A stretch of DNA of 64,000 bases from an uncultured Verrucomicrobiae bacterium (GCA_963747795.1 CAVVGS010000016.1:13805-77804), one strand, 5' to 3'; counted from the stretch's first letter, positions 53,773 to 63,979 are shown. Notes: generated by a model not told the origin, from the letters alone. Program-made: numbers and translations.

Positions 53773-54495
53773 TCAACGTTCATGCGTTCGGAGCAATCGC
53801 ATGGGCACGGCGGCGACCGCCGCCCCGAGCACGGCTCCCGCGAGGACGTCGAGCACGACATGCTGGCGGATGGCGACCGTTGAATACAGAATGCCCAGGC
53901 ACCACAGCCAGTTGAGCACCCAAACAAGCCGCCCGGCACCCATCTGCCGCAACAGGCGTTCAAACCAGACGGCGGTGAACACTGCAAAAGCCACGTGCAT
54001 CGAGGGACACGCGTTGCCCGAGGCATCAACCGACTCGAGAAAGGCAAAGGCGGAGGACTGCGGCCAGCCGACATCGGGCCGCATTACGGCGGTGGGCCAG
54101 AAAAGAAACACCACAAAGCCGATCCCGCTGAGCGCGGCGGCGGCCAGACCGTAGGACACAAGTTCGAGGCGATCGATCAGAAGGGCAGGCGCCAGTGAAA
54201 CGTAAAGCCACAAGGATAGATAGAGAAACACGGCACGGGATTGGAAGCCGATCAACCGGTCGACGGCGGTGAGCGGCACAACTGTCAGGGGATAGCGCGG
54301 GTGCCGGAGCAGCCAGAAATACACGGCAAAAAAGGCGGTCATGCCCAGCAGCGTGCCGAACAGCTTGGCCGGCCAGAATGTGCGCATGCGGGCACCAACC
54401 TCATTAAGCCAGCCAACTCCGTGCTGGCGCGTATGCAACGAGCTCATGGTCGCGGGGAGCAGTAGGCGGATTCCGGACTTGCAGGGCAAGCGCAA
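53773..54495 (-). CDS. PAP2-superfamily membrane phosphatase/transferase
   Basis: Multi-TM ORF with PSMH and S....RQH...D motifs, which are PAP2 C2/C3-like. Confidence 0.7.
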   Translation of the reverse strand: MRLPCKSGIRLLLPATMSSLHTRQHGVGWLNEVGARMRTFWPAKLFGTLLGMTAFFAVYFWLLRHPRYPLTVVPLTAVDRLIGFQSRAVFLYLSLWLYVSLAPALLIDRLELVSYGLAAAALSGIGFVVFLFWPTAVMRPDVGWPQSSAFAFLESVDASGNACPSMHVAFAVFTAVWFERLLRQMGAGRLVWVLNWLWCLGILYSTVAIRQHVVLDVLAGAVLGAAVAAVPMRLLRTHER

Positions 54496-54549
54496 GCGGC
54501 TATGCCCACCGGCACAGCTTCAATCATGGACTTGCCCGATGCCCCTCCG

Positions 54550-55914
54550 ATGAAATCAGCCCTCCTCCGCCTCGTCCCGCTATTGATCGCGGCGGCATTT
54601 TGCCCTCGCGCCGGCCTGGCGGCCGCAGACCCGGTGGTGCCCGAGGAGATCGATCGATCGATCGCCAAGGATTACCCCTCCCTGGAGCTGTTTTACAAGG
54701 ATCTGCATTCCCATCCCGAGCTCTCGCTGATGGAGGAGAAGACCTCCGCCAAGGTCGCAGCCGAACTGCGCGCCGCAGGCTTTGCGGTGACGGAACACTT
54801 CGGCGGCTTCGGCATCGTCGGCGTCCTGGCCAACGGACCGGGGCCGACCGTCCTTGTCCGGACCGACATGGACGCCCTGCCCGTCGAGGAGCAGACGGGG
54901 CTGCCGTATGCGAGCACGGTGAAGACGAAGAATCTTTCCGGTCAGATCGTCGGCGTCATGCACGCCTGCGGACACGACATCCATATGACGGTCTTTGTCG
55001 GCACGGCGCGACTTTTGGCCGGCGAGAAGGACCGCTGGAGCGGCACCCTCGTCCTCATCGGCCAGCCGGCCGAGGAGATGGGGGTCGGCGCCCGGGCGAT
55101 GCTAAGGGAAGGGCTGTTCAGGAAATTCCCGAAACCGGACTTTGCGGTTGCTCTTCACGACAGCGCCAGCCTGTCTGCGGGAACGCTCGGATTGGTGGAA
55201 GGCTATGCGATGGCGAACGTCGATACGGTGACGATCAAGGTCCACGGTGTCGGCGGGCACGGGGCCTATCCGCACCTGACCAAGGATCCGATCGTCCTCG
55301 CGGCCAAGATCATCCTTTCGCTCCAGACGATCGTCAGCCGCGAGACGAGCCCGATTCATCCCGCGGTCGTGACAGTGGGTTCGATCCACGGCGGGACCAG
55401 GCCGAACATCATACCCGACGCCGTGGACCTCGAGCTCACGCTGCGCAGCTACTCCGACGATGTCCGCCTTCACACGATAGAGGCCATCAGGCGAATTTGC
55501 CGGGGCGAGGCGATCGCCGCCGGGCTCCCCGACGATCTCATGCCCGAGGTCAAGGTCCTCGAGGACGAGTACACGCCGGCGACGTACAACGATCCTACCC
55601 TCACCCGCCGGGTGCGGCAGGCGCTGATCGGCCGGTTTGGCGCCGAGCGGGTCAAGGCGATCGACCCGGAGATGGGCGGCGAGGATTTCAGCGAGTACGG
55701 CCGCACGGTCGAGCACATCCCGCTTTGCATGTTTCGGATCGGGGCCGTCGCGCCGGCGAAGTGGGCCGAAAGCCAGAGGACGGGCGTGGCCTTGCCGGCG
55801 CTGCATTCAAGCCGATTCGCCCCCCTGCCCCAACCCACGATCGAAACCGGCGTGGCCGCCATGTCGACCGTGGTCCTGGACCTTCTGCGGGGCAAAACCG
55901 CCGCACCTCCCTGA
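54550..55914 (+). CDS. M20D-family amidohydrolase (secreted)
   Basis: Signal peptide, MHACGHD motif and the GQPAEE metal-binding region. ATG 54550 is chosen. Confidence 0.85.
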   Translation: MKSALLRLVPLLIAAAFCPRAGLAAADPVVPEEIDRSIAKDYPSLELFYKDLHSHPELSLMEEKTSAKVAAELRAAGFAVTEHFGGFGIVGVLANGPGPTVLVRTDMDALPVEEQTGLPYASTVKTKNLSGQIVGVMHACGHDIHMTVFVGTARLLAGEKDRWSGTLVLIGQPAEEMGVGARAMLREGLFRKFPKPDFAVALHDSASLSAGTLGLVEGYAMANVDTVTIKVHGVGGHGAYPHLTKDPIVLAAKIILSLQTIVSRETSPIHPAVVTVGSIHGGTRPNIIPDAVDLELTLRSYSDDVRLHTIEAIRRICRGEAIAAGLPDDLMPEVKVLEDEYTPATYNDPTLTRRVRQALIGRFGAERVKAIDPEMGGEDFSEYGRTVEHIPLCMFRIGAVAPAKWAESQRTGVALPALHSSRFAPLPQPTIETGVAAMSTVVLDLLRGKTAAPP

Positions 55915-56032
55915 CCGGCCCGCCCGACGCAACGAGCGCCCCCCGGCAAACCCCCTCTTTTGAACGGTACACGGGGGCAAGGACGCCGGCTTGGGCCGCA
56001 GCGCCGCCGTTTTGCCCGGGCGCCCTTTGCAC

Positions 56033-57508
56033 CTACCCGGCCCACGCCGCAGCGAGCCGCTCGGCGCTGCGCCGAATCAGGGCCGGTGGAAAGGCCGCAA
56101 AGCCGAACACGGCTCCCGGCCGCAGCCGCACCTTCATGCGATACGACGAAAGGGGCGGCACGTCCACTCCCTTGGCGGCGGCATTTGCGCTCCAAACGGC
56201 GTCATCCGCGCCAGGCGGGAGCCAGCCGACGACACTCAGGCCGGCGTTGACCGGTTCCATCCGGGTCAGGCCGCCCATCAGCCGCGACATCTCGGATCGC
56301 AGGACCTGGAGGCGTTCCCCATAGAGCGTTTGCATGCGCCGGAGATGGCGGGCGTAGTGGCCGCCGCCGATGAATTCGGCCAGCACGGCCTGGTCTATGC
56401 TCGGAGAATGCGTGTCGGAGACGGCGCGCATCCGGACGAAATCCTCCGTCAGGGACAGCGGCGCGACAAGGAAGCCCAGCCGCAGCGAGGGATAGATCGT
56501 TTTGGTGAAGGTGCCGACGTAGATGACGCGGGCGTTCTCTCCAAGACCCTGCAGGGCCGGCAGCGGCCGGCCGAAATAACGGTGCTCGCTGTCGTAGTCA
56601 TCCTCGATGACCCACGCCCCGGTCCGTTCGGCGAACTCAAGCAGGGCAAGCCGGCGCCTCAGGCTCATCGTCACTCCGAGCGGGAACTGCCGGGACGGCG
56701 TCACGTAGATGAGCTTCGGAGGGTGCTCCGGGACCCGATCCGGGAGCGCCAAACCCTCGGCGTCGACCGGCCGCGGGACGAGCGCCGCGCCGGCCGCATG
56801 AGCTGCGGCCCGGAATCCTCCATACCCGGGATCCTCGATCCAGACGCGCCCGCCGCGCTGCGCAGATGAGGCCAGAATGAGGTTGAATGCATGCTGGGCT
56901 CCCGCGGTGATCACGATCTGGCCCGCCGAGCAGCGCACCCCGCGGTAATCCCGAAGATGGACGGCGATCACCTCGCGCAGGGCACGATCCCCGGCCGGAT
57001 CGCCCGCCTGCAGAAGCCGCTCGCCGCGCGAATTCAGGACGCGCCGCCGAAGGGACTCCCATTCGGACAGCGGAAACTCGGCGGCCGACGGTATGCAGGG
57101 CTGGAAGGGCCACGGCGCCGATCGCGGCGGGGTGGAATCCAGTGTCGCGACACGCAGCTGACGGGCCCCGCTCGAAACCGGCGTTGCGTGCCTTGCGGCC
57201 GCGATCCTGTCATGGGCGGACGTCGCTCGAAGGCGCGCGTCGGGGAGATCGTCGCTCACAAAGGTGCCGGAGCCGCGGCGGCTGCTCAGGTATCCCTCGG
57301 CAACCAACTGTTCGTACGCATTCAGGACAGTGTTGCGCCCGATGCCCAGCGCGCGGCGAAGGGAGCGTGTCGCCGGAAGCCGGGAACCGGGTGGAAATTC
57401 GCCGCCGAGGATTCGTCGGCGGAGAGCATCCCGCAGCTGGTGCTGCAGCGTCGCGGAGCTTCCGGCGTCAAGGGTGATCAGGCTCAGGGAAAGGGTCGGC
57501 GCGGCCAT
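56033..57508 (-). CDS. MocR-type regulator (GntR wHTH fused to PLP aminotransferase-like domain)
   Basis: N-terminal LPATRSLRRALGIGRNTVLNAYEQLVAEGYL HTH, then a ~350-aa fold-type I aminotransferase-like domain. ATG 57508 is chosen. Confidence 0.85.
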   Translation of the reverse strand: MAAPTLSLSLITLDAGSSATLQHQLRDALRRRILGGEFPPGSRLPATRSLRRALGIGRNTVLNAYEQLVAEGYLSSRRGSGTFVSDDLPDARLRATSAHDRIAAARHATPVSSGARQLRVATLDSTPPRSAPWPFQPCIPSAAEFPLSEWESLRRRVLNSRGERLLQAGDPAGDRALREVIAVHLRDYRGVRCSAGQIVITAGAQHAFNLILASSAQRGGRVWIEDPGYGGFRAAAHAAGAALVPRPVDAEGLALPDRVPEHPPKLIYVTPSRQFPLGVTMSLRRRLALLEFAERTGAWVIEDDYDSEHRYFGRPLPALQGLGENARVIYVGTFTKTIYPSLRLGFLVAPLSLTEDFVRMRAVSDTHSPSIDQAVLAEFIGGGHYARHLRRMQTLYGERLQVLRSEMSRLMGGLTRMEPVNAGLSVVGWLPPGADDAVWSANAAAKGVDVPPLSSYRMKVRLRPGAVFGFAAFPPALIRRSAERLAAAWAG

Positions 57509-57598
57509 GCCAGGATTTGATGCAGATAAAGTGGCCCCATTGATTTTGCAAGATTGGCCCTTTTGACTAGGGCCATTACAAGATAAACTGACCGCGAA

Positions 57599-58030
57599 AT
57601 GAATACCGCACACGCCTCCACCGCCCTCCCTTCCCTCGTTTCCGAGCATCCGGCAGCAGCGCCCTCCGAAGCGGCGCGCCATTTTGCCGGCCGGCTTGCA
57701 TTTGAGACCGACCCGTTCGACCTGCACCATGACCTCGAGTCGGCTGTCTCGGAGGTGGTCGCGGTCGACACCCGCACGCGGGATGCCTACCTCGCTTCCC
57801 ATATCCCAGGATCCATCCACCTGCCGCACCGCCAGATGACCGCGGCGTCAACCGCGCATCTCTCAAAAGACAAAGTCTACGTGACCTACTGCTGGGGTCC
57901 GGGCTGCAATGCTTCGACAAAAGGCGCGCTGCGCCTGAGCTCGATGGGCTTTTCCGTCAAGGAATTGATTGGCGGACTCGAGTATTGGCAGAGGGAGGGT
58001 TATCCCATTCGATCCGGAGAATCGCCATGA
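57599..58030 (+). CDS. Rhodanese-domain protein
   Basis: 143 aa. IPGSIHLP followed by the active-site loop YCWGPGCNAST. Confidence 0.75.
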   Translation: MNTAHASTALPSLVSEHPAAAPSEAARHFAGRLAFETDPFDLHHDLESAVSEVVAVDTRTRDAYLASHIPGSIHLPHRQMTAASTAHLSKDKVYVTYCWGPGCNASTKGALRLSSMGFSVKELIGGLEYWQREGYPIRSGESP

Positions 58031-58983
58031 GTCCACCCAGACCCTCTCGCGCCAGAAACTTTCTTGGCTTCGGGTGCATCTACCTCGTCTGGGGCACAAC
58101 TTACCTGGGAATCCGGCTGGCTGTGGCCGGAATGCCGCCTTTTCTCCTATCCGCGGCGAGGTTTCTCATCGCCGGAGCGGTGCTCTACGGCTACCTGCGC
58201 CTGCGGGAAGGCCCGCGGCCAGGGGAGGCCCGCTGGAAGGACCAGTTCCTCGTCGGCCTCGGCCTTGTCGGCGGAAATGCCATTGTCTGCTGGGCCGAAC
58301 AGCGGGTTCCATCTGGATTGAGCGCCCTGGCAGTCGGCACCGCCCCGTTCTTCATGGTGATTTTCTCGTTCCTAATGCCAGGCGGCACCCGGCCGTCGCG
58401 CTCGGTCATCACCGGGCTGCTCCTCGGGCTGGCGGGCCTGATCATTCTTTTCGGCCCGGGCGCGTTTCCTGCCGGGCAGCGGCCCCCTTCCCTTCGGGTG
58501 GCCGGCCTCTTCCTCAGCTCGGCCATCTGGTGCCTTGGCTCCGTGTACTCCAAGCACACCGGCGCCAGGGCCGCCCCGATGTGGACGGCCGCGATGCAGA
58601 TGCTGGGCGGCGGGGCGGCGATGCTCGTCGTCAGCCTGGTCCTCGGAGAGGAAAACCAGTTCAATATGGCGGTGATGACGCCGTCTTCGTGGGGCGCCTT
58701 CGTCTATCTCACGGTGGTCGGATCCCTGATCGCATTTCCGGCGTACATTTGGCTTCTCAAGCACAATCCGCCCTCAAGGGTTGCGACCTACGCCTACGTC
58801 AACCCGGTGGTGGCGCTCTTGGCCGGCTGGCTGGTTCTCGGCGAGTCGCTCCACTTGAGGATGCTCCTCGCTGTTCCCGTTCTCATCGGGGGAGTTGTCG
58901 TCATCACGACGGCGGGAATGCGCGCCCGCCCAAGCACAGCCCCAGCCATGGGAGGGCGTCCCGCCCCCGTTCCTTCGGACTAG
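58027..58983 (+). CDS. EamA/DMT family transporter
   Basis: 10-TM pattern with the YLVWGTTYLGIR motif. Its ATG overlaps the rhodanese stop (ATGA). Confidence 0.8.
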   Translation: MSPPRPSRARNFLGFGCIYLVWGTTYLGIRLAVAGMPPFLLSAARFLIAGAVLYGYLRLREGPRPGEARWKDQFLVGLGLVGGNAIVCWAEQRVPSGLSALAVGTAPFFMVIFSFLMPGGTRPSRSVITGLLLGLAGLIILFGPGAFPAGQRPPSLRVAGLFLSSAIWCLGSVYSKHTGARAAPMWTAAMQMLGGGAAMLVVSLVLGEENQFNMAVMTPSSWGAFVYLTVVGSLIAFPAYIWLLKHNPPSRVATYAYVNPVVALLAGWLVLGESLHLRMLLAVPVLIGGVVVITTAGMRARPSTAPAMGGRPAPVPSD

Positions 58984-59348
58984 GCGGCAGCGACAATCGA
59001 GCTGCAGGCGATCAGGCGGTGCGCGACCGGATCCACCGTCGCGCCAAAACCCTCAAGGGTCCGCACGCCGAGGATCGACAGATCGCCGGATTCCCCAAAG
59101 ACGATTTCATCGATTGTTTCGAATCCCTCGGCCCGCAGAATGGCGTATCCTGTGTCCCGAACCGCAATCTGCCCGGTGGCGGTTCGGAAGCCGCGCTTGC
59201 GCACCGGAACAATACCGCATCCGGCCAGGATCGCCGCCGGCAGCCAACTCAATTCAGCGCCGGTGTCCACCAGGGCCTCAACGCCGGGCGCCGCCTTCGT
59301 GCTGTCACGCGGATCGACGGCGGTCAGGGAAACTCTGAAAAGGCTCAT
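58980..59348 (-). CDS. Small retropepsin-like (clan AA) aspartyl protease
   Basis: ALVDTGAELSWLP Asp-Thr-Gly motif in a ~120-aa protein. The start is uncertain (59348 or 59396). Confidence 0.6.
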   Translation of the reverse strand: MSLFRVSLTAVDPRDSTKAAPGVEALVDTGAELSWLPAAILAGCGIVPVRKRGFRTATGQIAVRDTGYAILRAEGFETIDEIVFGESGDLSILGVRTLEGFGATVDPVAHRLIACSSIVAAA

Positions 59349-59439
59349 GGCGCCGGACTGGGCCACGCAAGTCGTGTGGGCGGATTCATGCGTCATGAAT
59401 ACAATAGCAACCCAGACATCGGCCGCAGGCAAATCCTGC

Positions 59440-60861
59440 CTAAGCTTTTACGCTGGCGAGATAGCGCTCCATGCCGGCGGCGGCGCGCCGTCCGTCCCTG
59501 ACGGCGTGGACCACCAGGCTCGGGCCGCGGGTGGAGTCGCCCCCGGCAAAGACCCCTGGAACGCTGGTCATCTGGTTGGAATCGACAATGATTCCACCCC
59601 AATCACTTAGCGCCAACCGGCAAAAATCGCTTCCCGCCGGAAATGGCGCGGGATCGAAGCCGTAGGCCACGAGCACCAGGTCCGCCGGCACCTCAAATTC
59701 CGATCCTGGGACCGGCTTCGGCCGGCGACGGCCGCCGGCGTCGGGCGCCCCCAGTTCCATGCGCTCGCACCGCACGCGGGCGACTGCGCCGGCGGGCGTG
59801 CCCTCCAAGGCTACGGGGTTGGTGAGAAATTGGAACCGGGCGCCTTCCTCGAGGGCATTCGCGTACTCCGCGCGGCTTCCGGGCATGTTCGCCAGATCGC
59901 GGCGGTAAAGGCACAATGCGTCCATTGCTTCGCTGCGGACAGCCAGGCGGAGGCAATCCATGGCGGTGTCGCCGCCCCCGAGAACCACGACCCGCTTGCC
60001 CTTGACGGACACGGGCAGATCGCGCGAAGGCAGGTTCATGTCCGTTCCGACGAGGAAAGGAAGCGCCTGGACGACACCATCCAGCTCGGCGCCGGGGATA
60101 TCGATCGACTTGGGCCTTTGGGCGCCGAATGCGAGGAAGACCGCGTCGAACTGCTCCTGCAACTCGCGCAGCGACAGGTCGCTGCCGACTCGGACACCGA
60201 GCCTGAAAACGACGCCCCGGGCCTTCAGAACCTCGATTCGACGTTCCACCAGGCCCCGGTTCAGCTTGAATTCCGGAATTCCGTTCGCCAGCAGTCCGCC
60301 GGGCCGCGTTTGCGCGTCAAAGACGGTCACTTCAAAGCCCTGTTTCGCCAGTTCGTCCGCACAGGCGATTCCGCCGGGTCCGGAGCCGACTACCCCGACC
60401 TTGAAGCCGTTCGGGTACGCGGGCACCGCCGTTGCCACCTCGTGACGCAGCGCGAAGTCGTTGATAAATCGCTCAACAGCGCCAATCGCCACCGGATCGG
60501 ACGGCCCGCACAGGAAGCAGGCGCTCTCGCAGAGCCTCTCCTGCGGGCAGATGCGCGAGCAGATTTCGGGCATGTTGCTCGTCGAGCGGGAGACCTCTGC
60601 CGCGCCCAGGAAGTCGCCTGCGGCCGCGAGGGCCAGCCACTCGGGAATACGGTTGCCCAGCGGGCAGGCCTGGACGCAGCCGGGATTGGGACACTGGATG
60701 CAACGGCTGGCCTGCGCACGCACGGCTGCCTCGTCATAGCCGAGATAAATCTCGTCGGTGTCGTTGATTCGCTCGGCCGGCGGCCGCTTGGGCGGTGCCT
60801 CGCGCGCGATCAAAGACCAGGCGTATTTTGAGTTCCAAATGCTTATCGGGTCGGCACCCAT
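59440..60861 (-). CDS. GltD-like NAD(P)H-dependent oxidoreductase (glutamate synthase small-subunit family)
   Basis: N-terminal Cys clusters (CIQCPNPGCVQACP, CSRICPQERLCESAC) and two Rossmann motifs (VVGSGPGGIACA, VLGGGDTAMDC). ATG 60861 is chosen. Confidence 0.85.
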   Translation of the reverse strand: MGADPISIWNSKYAWSLIAREAPPKRPPAERINDTDEIYLGYDEAAVRAQASRCIQCPNPGCVQACPLGNRIPEWLALAAAGDFLGAAEVSRSTSNMPEICSRICPQERLCESACFLCGPSDPVAIGAVERFINDFALRHEVATAVPAYPNGFKVGVVGSGPGGIACADELAKQGFEVTVFDAQTRPGGLLANGIPEFKLNRGLVERRIEVLKARGVVFRLGVRVGSDLSLRELQEQFDAVFLAFGAQRPKSIDIPGAELDGVVQALPFLVGTDMNLPSRDLPVSVKGKRVVVLGGGDTAMDCLRLAVRSEAMDALCLYRRDLANMPGSRAEYANALEEGARFQFLTNPVALEGTPAGAVARVRCERMELGAPDAGGRRRPKPVPGSEFEVPADLVLVAYGFDPAPFPAGSDFCRLALSDWGGIIVDSNQMTSVPGVFAGGDSTRGPSLVVHAVRDGRRAAAGMERYLASVKA

Positions 60862-60928
60862 CGGAAAGCCAAACTTACCCCACCCCCCCCCGCCTGGCTC
60901 TGCATATCTTGTCCAGGAACCTGCATTT

Positions 60929-61474
60929 TCAGCCAACCGCGAGGCGCCGCTCCGGGCTGGTGCCTGTCCCCGCCAGGGGGCCTGTCTCCAACACCCCGGG
61001 CTGCAACAGGCTGATCGCCCGCGCGCTGATCCGGTCGGCCGCCTCGGCCACGGCCCGCTGCACCTCGGGGGTGAGCGCGAGGCGGATGGTGTAGGCCTCC
61101 CGCACCTCGATCGCGAAGACCTCGACGTCGCAGGGCATCGGCAGGCCCAGGAGCCTGCCCAGCTCGAGGGTCTCGGCGATCCCGACGAAATGGGGGGCGG
61201 CGATCCTCCGGCCCTTGAGGCAGTCGGCGTCGAATTCGTGGACAAAGCCGGGTGCGGCGCCCGTCTCGATTGAATCGACGAGCAGGAGATGCTCGCAACC
61301 GGATATCTCGTCCAGCAGGGTCAGCCCCATCTCAATCGACTCGCGCACCGCGCAGCCGTCGGTGCCGGCAAGCCGCATCGCGACAGCGCGCGCCACATGC
61401 AACCCGACGGCGTCATCGCCAAGGAGATCATTGCCCAGTGCGAGGACCAGGACGCTTTCGCGGGGCTCGGTCAT
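60929..61474 (-). CDS. Hydrogenase maturation endopeptidase
   Basis: VLALGNDLLGDDAVG motif and LLLVD...G motif typical of HybD/HoxW-type proteases. It lies directly downstream of the large subunit. Confidence 0.85.
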   Translation of the reverse strand: MTEPRESVLVLALGNDLLGDDAVGLHVARAVAMRLAGTDGCAVRESIEMGLTLLDEISGCEHLLLVDSIETGAAPGFVHEFDADCLKGRRIAAPHFVGIAETLELGRLLGLPMPCDVEVFAIEVREAYTIRLALTPEVQRAVAEAADRISARAISLLQPGVLETGPLAGTGTSPERRLAVG

Positions 61475-61484
61475 GGGTGGCGGC

Positions 61485-62990
61485 TCACTCCTGGACGAGT
61501 TCGCGCAGGAGGCCGCCGGCGCTGTCGTGGATGCGAACCCGCAGCGCCAGGTGCCCGGGCAGCGCGTGGGTCGCGCAGCCGAAGCAGGGATCATAGGCGC
61601 GGAAGGCCATTTCCACCATGTTTAGCAGGCCCTCGGACACTTCGTTCCTGTGGATAAGCCGCTTCGCGGCCTTCTCCACGCTCATCGCGATTCGCGCGGC
61701 GTTGTTCTGGGTCGCGACTATCAGGTTCGCCTGGGTGATCAGGCCGGCTTCGTCCGTTTCATAGTCATGGAAGAGGGTGCCGCGCGGCGCCTCGACGACG
61801 CCGACGCCGACCGTCGGCTTCTGGGTTGGCAGCGTCCGGATGTCGGTGCCGGTCAGTCCGGGATCGGCCGTGAGAGCCACCATCCTCTCGGCGGCGTGGA
61901 TCATCTCGACCACGCGGGCCCAGTGGTTTGCGAGCGTGTGGTGGACGGGCTTGCCGCCCAGCGTGTTGAAATACTCCACATAGGCCTGCTGCGCGAGGGG
62001 CGTCGCCATGCCGTCGGTGACATTGAGCCGCGCGAGGGGTGCAACGGCGTAGACGCTCGTATCCGGCCCGTCCGCCAAGCCGTTCCAGCCGAGCGGGCGC
62101 AGATGGCAGAACTTCATGTAGCTCCACGGCTCGGTGTGCTCGGCGATGAATTCCCGGTAGCGCGCCGCGGGGAAGCTCGCGTATTCGCGCCCGGCCGGGT
62201 CGACGACCCTGATCTTGCCGTCGTAGAAATTCACCCGGTTCTGCGCGTCGACAAGCCCCATGTAGTACGTTCGGTGGGTGTAGGCGTCCGAGGTGATCAG
62301 CTTCACGTACTCGGGGTTCTTCAGCACCAGGTCGTGGAAGACCTGGTTGGTGAACAGGGCGAAGTCCAGGGCGTCGTGCGCCAGGGCGGCAAACTTCGGC
62401 AGGTCCGCGGGTGCAAGGCCCTTCGCGACCCCGCCCGGCAGACCCAGGACCGGATGGATCACCTTGCCGCCGAAATACGTAATCAGTTCGCGCACGCGTC
62501 GGCGCATCGCGATCACCTTCCGGCCGACTTCGACGCCCACCTTGCCGATCACGCCGGCGAGGTTGCGCTCGGCCGCGGGAGCCTGCGGGCCGACGATGAA
62601 ATCGGGGCCCCCGAGCACGTAGACGTGCAGGGCATGGTCCTCGAGCATGAAGGCGTTGTAGACGAGCTCGCGGATCTTGCGCGCGGTCGGCGTCGGCTCC
62701 ACGCGGTAAAGCTCGTCCAGGGCCTTGGTCGCCGCCATGTGGTGCGCCGTGGGGCAGACTCCGCAGATCCGGCTCGTGATCTGGGGCATGTCCTCGGCCG
62801 GGCGGCCGCGGCTGAACACCTCGAAGCCCCGCAATTCGGGGATCTGCAGGTACGCGTGCTCCACGTCTCCCTCATCGTCCAGGAAGATCTCGATCCGGCC
62901 GTGGCCTTCGAGACGGGTGATCGGTTCGATGGTGAAGCGGCGAGGCGCCGCGCCGCCTTCAGCCCTCGGTAATTCGGTGGCCGTGTTCAT
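61485..62990 (-). CDS. [NiFe]-hydrogenase large subunit (cytosolic group 3-like)
   Basis: EPITRLEGHG, the N-terminal RICGVCPTAH motif and the C-terminal DPCFGCATH motif. ATG 62990 overlaps the small-subunit stop. Confidence 0.9.
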   Translation of the reverse strand: MNTATELPRAEGGAAPRRFTIEPITRLEGHGRIEIFLDDEGDVEHAYLQIPELRGFEVFSRGRPAEDMPQITSRICGVCPTAHHMAATKALDELYRVEPTPTARKIRELVYNAFMLEDHALHVYVLGGPDFIVGPQAPAAERNLAGVIGKVGVEVGRKVIAMRRRVRELITYFGGKVIHPVLGLPGGVAKGLAPADLPKFAALAHDALDFALFTNQVFHDLVLKNPEYVKLITSDAYTHRTYYMGLVDAQNRVNFYDGKIRVVDPAGREYASFPAARYREFIAEHTEPWSYMKFCHLRPLGWNGLADGPDTSVYAVAPLARLNVTDGMATPLAQQAYVEYFNTLGGKPVHHTLANHWARVVEMIHAAERMVALTADPGLTGTDIRTLPTQKPTVGVGVVEAPRGTLFHDYETDEAGLITQANLIVATQNNAARIAMSVEKAAKRLIHRNEVSEGLLNMVEMAFRAYDPCFGCATHALPGHLALRVRIHDSAGGLLRELVQE

Positions 62991-63979
62991 GGATTGAAGG
63001 TTGAAGGTGTTGGGGCCGTGCATTCGCCGCGCCGGAGGATGGAGCACGGGAGGGCGTAGCGGTAGAAGGTGCCGATGGGATCTGGTATGCCGTCGAGCGT
63101 GCGGTTGATGGCCGTCTCGTCCTTGCCGGCCATGTTTGCGCAAAGCGAGGACAGGAGCTTCGCGCCCTGGTCCCGGACGCGGGAGGTCGGTCCGAAGCAG
63201 CCCGTGCATGGCATGTTGCCGCTGATGCACTGCGCCCCGCATCCGCCCCGCGTCGCCGGGCCGCAGCAGACCAGGCCCTGGGCGAGCAGGCATTTTTCCG
63301 CATCGATCAGCATCTCATGCGGGCGCCTGAACTGGGCGAAGCTCAGGTCCTGCGGCTTGGTGGCCTTGCGCGGGCACTCGTCGCAAAGGGCGATGTCGGG
63401 GGCGAGCACGGTGCCGCGGGGCGGCAGCTCGCCCGAGAGCAGCGCCTGCAGCGCCGCCTGCGTGAGGTTTGGCGTCGGCGGGCAGCCGGGGAGGTAATAA
63501 TCGACCTCCACGACCTGATCGAGTGTGCGCACGGCATTGTCCAGTTGCGGCAACCCGAGGGAGTGTCCGTTGTCCCGGGATTCGAGCTGGGGACGGGCCC
63601 TCCCGTTTTCGCCGAGGGTCGGCGCCTCCTCGTAGACAAATCGCAGCAGCTGTTCGCGGGAAAACTGGTTCGCAAGGCCCGGGACGCCGCCCTGGCAGGC
63701 GCAGCTTCCGTAGGCCACGAGATACCTGCTCTTCCGGCGCAACAGCCGGACCATCTCCTCCTGCTCGCTCGAGCGGACTGCCCCGTTGAGAAGCGTCGCA
63801 AGCAGCGACTGGTCGGCCAGGGCCTCGACGTCGCTCTTCTTGAAGTCCATGGCCACGGGCCAGAACACGATGTCGACGGCGTCGAGCACGCCGAGGATAC
63901 CCTCGGCGAGGTCGACAACCGCCTCGTCGCACCCGCCGCAGGAGGCGCACCAGTACAGGGCGATCTTGGGCTTAGGCAT
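62987..63979 (-). CDS. [NiFe]-hydrogenase small subunit with additional Fe-S cluster domain (group 3-like)
   Basis: IALYWCASCGGCDEA proximal cluster motif, YGSCA, GCPP and a C-terminal Cys-rich region (CDECPRK, CCGPATRGGCGAQC, PCTGCFGP). No Tat signal, so it is cytosolic. Confidence 0.85.
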   Translation of the reverse strand: MPKPKIALYWCASCGGCDEAVVDLAEGILGVLDAVDIVFWPVAMDFKKSDVEALADQSLLATLLNGAVRSSEQEEMVRLLRRKSRYLVAYGSCACQGGVPGLANQFSREQLLRFVYEEAPTLGENGRARPQLESRDNGHSLGLPQLDNAVRTLDQVVEVDYYLPGCPPTPNLTQAALQALLSGELPPRGTVLAPDIALCDECPRKATKPQDLSFAQFRRPHEMLIDAEKCLLAQGLVCCGPATRGGCGAQCISGNMPCTGCFGPTSRVRDQGAKLLSSLCANMAGKDETAINRTLDGIPDPIGTFYRYALPCSILRRGECTAPTPSTFNP

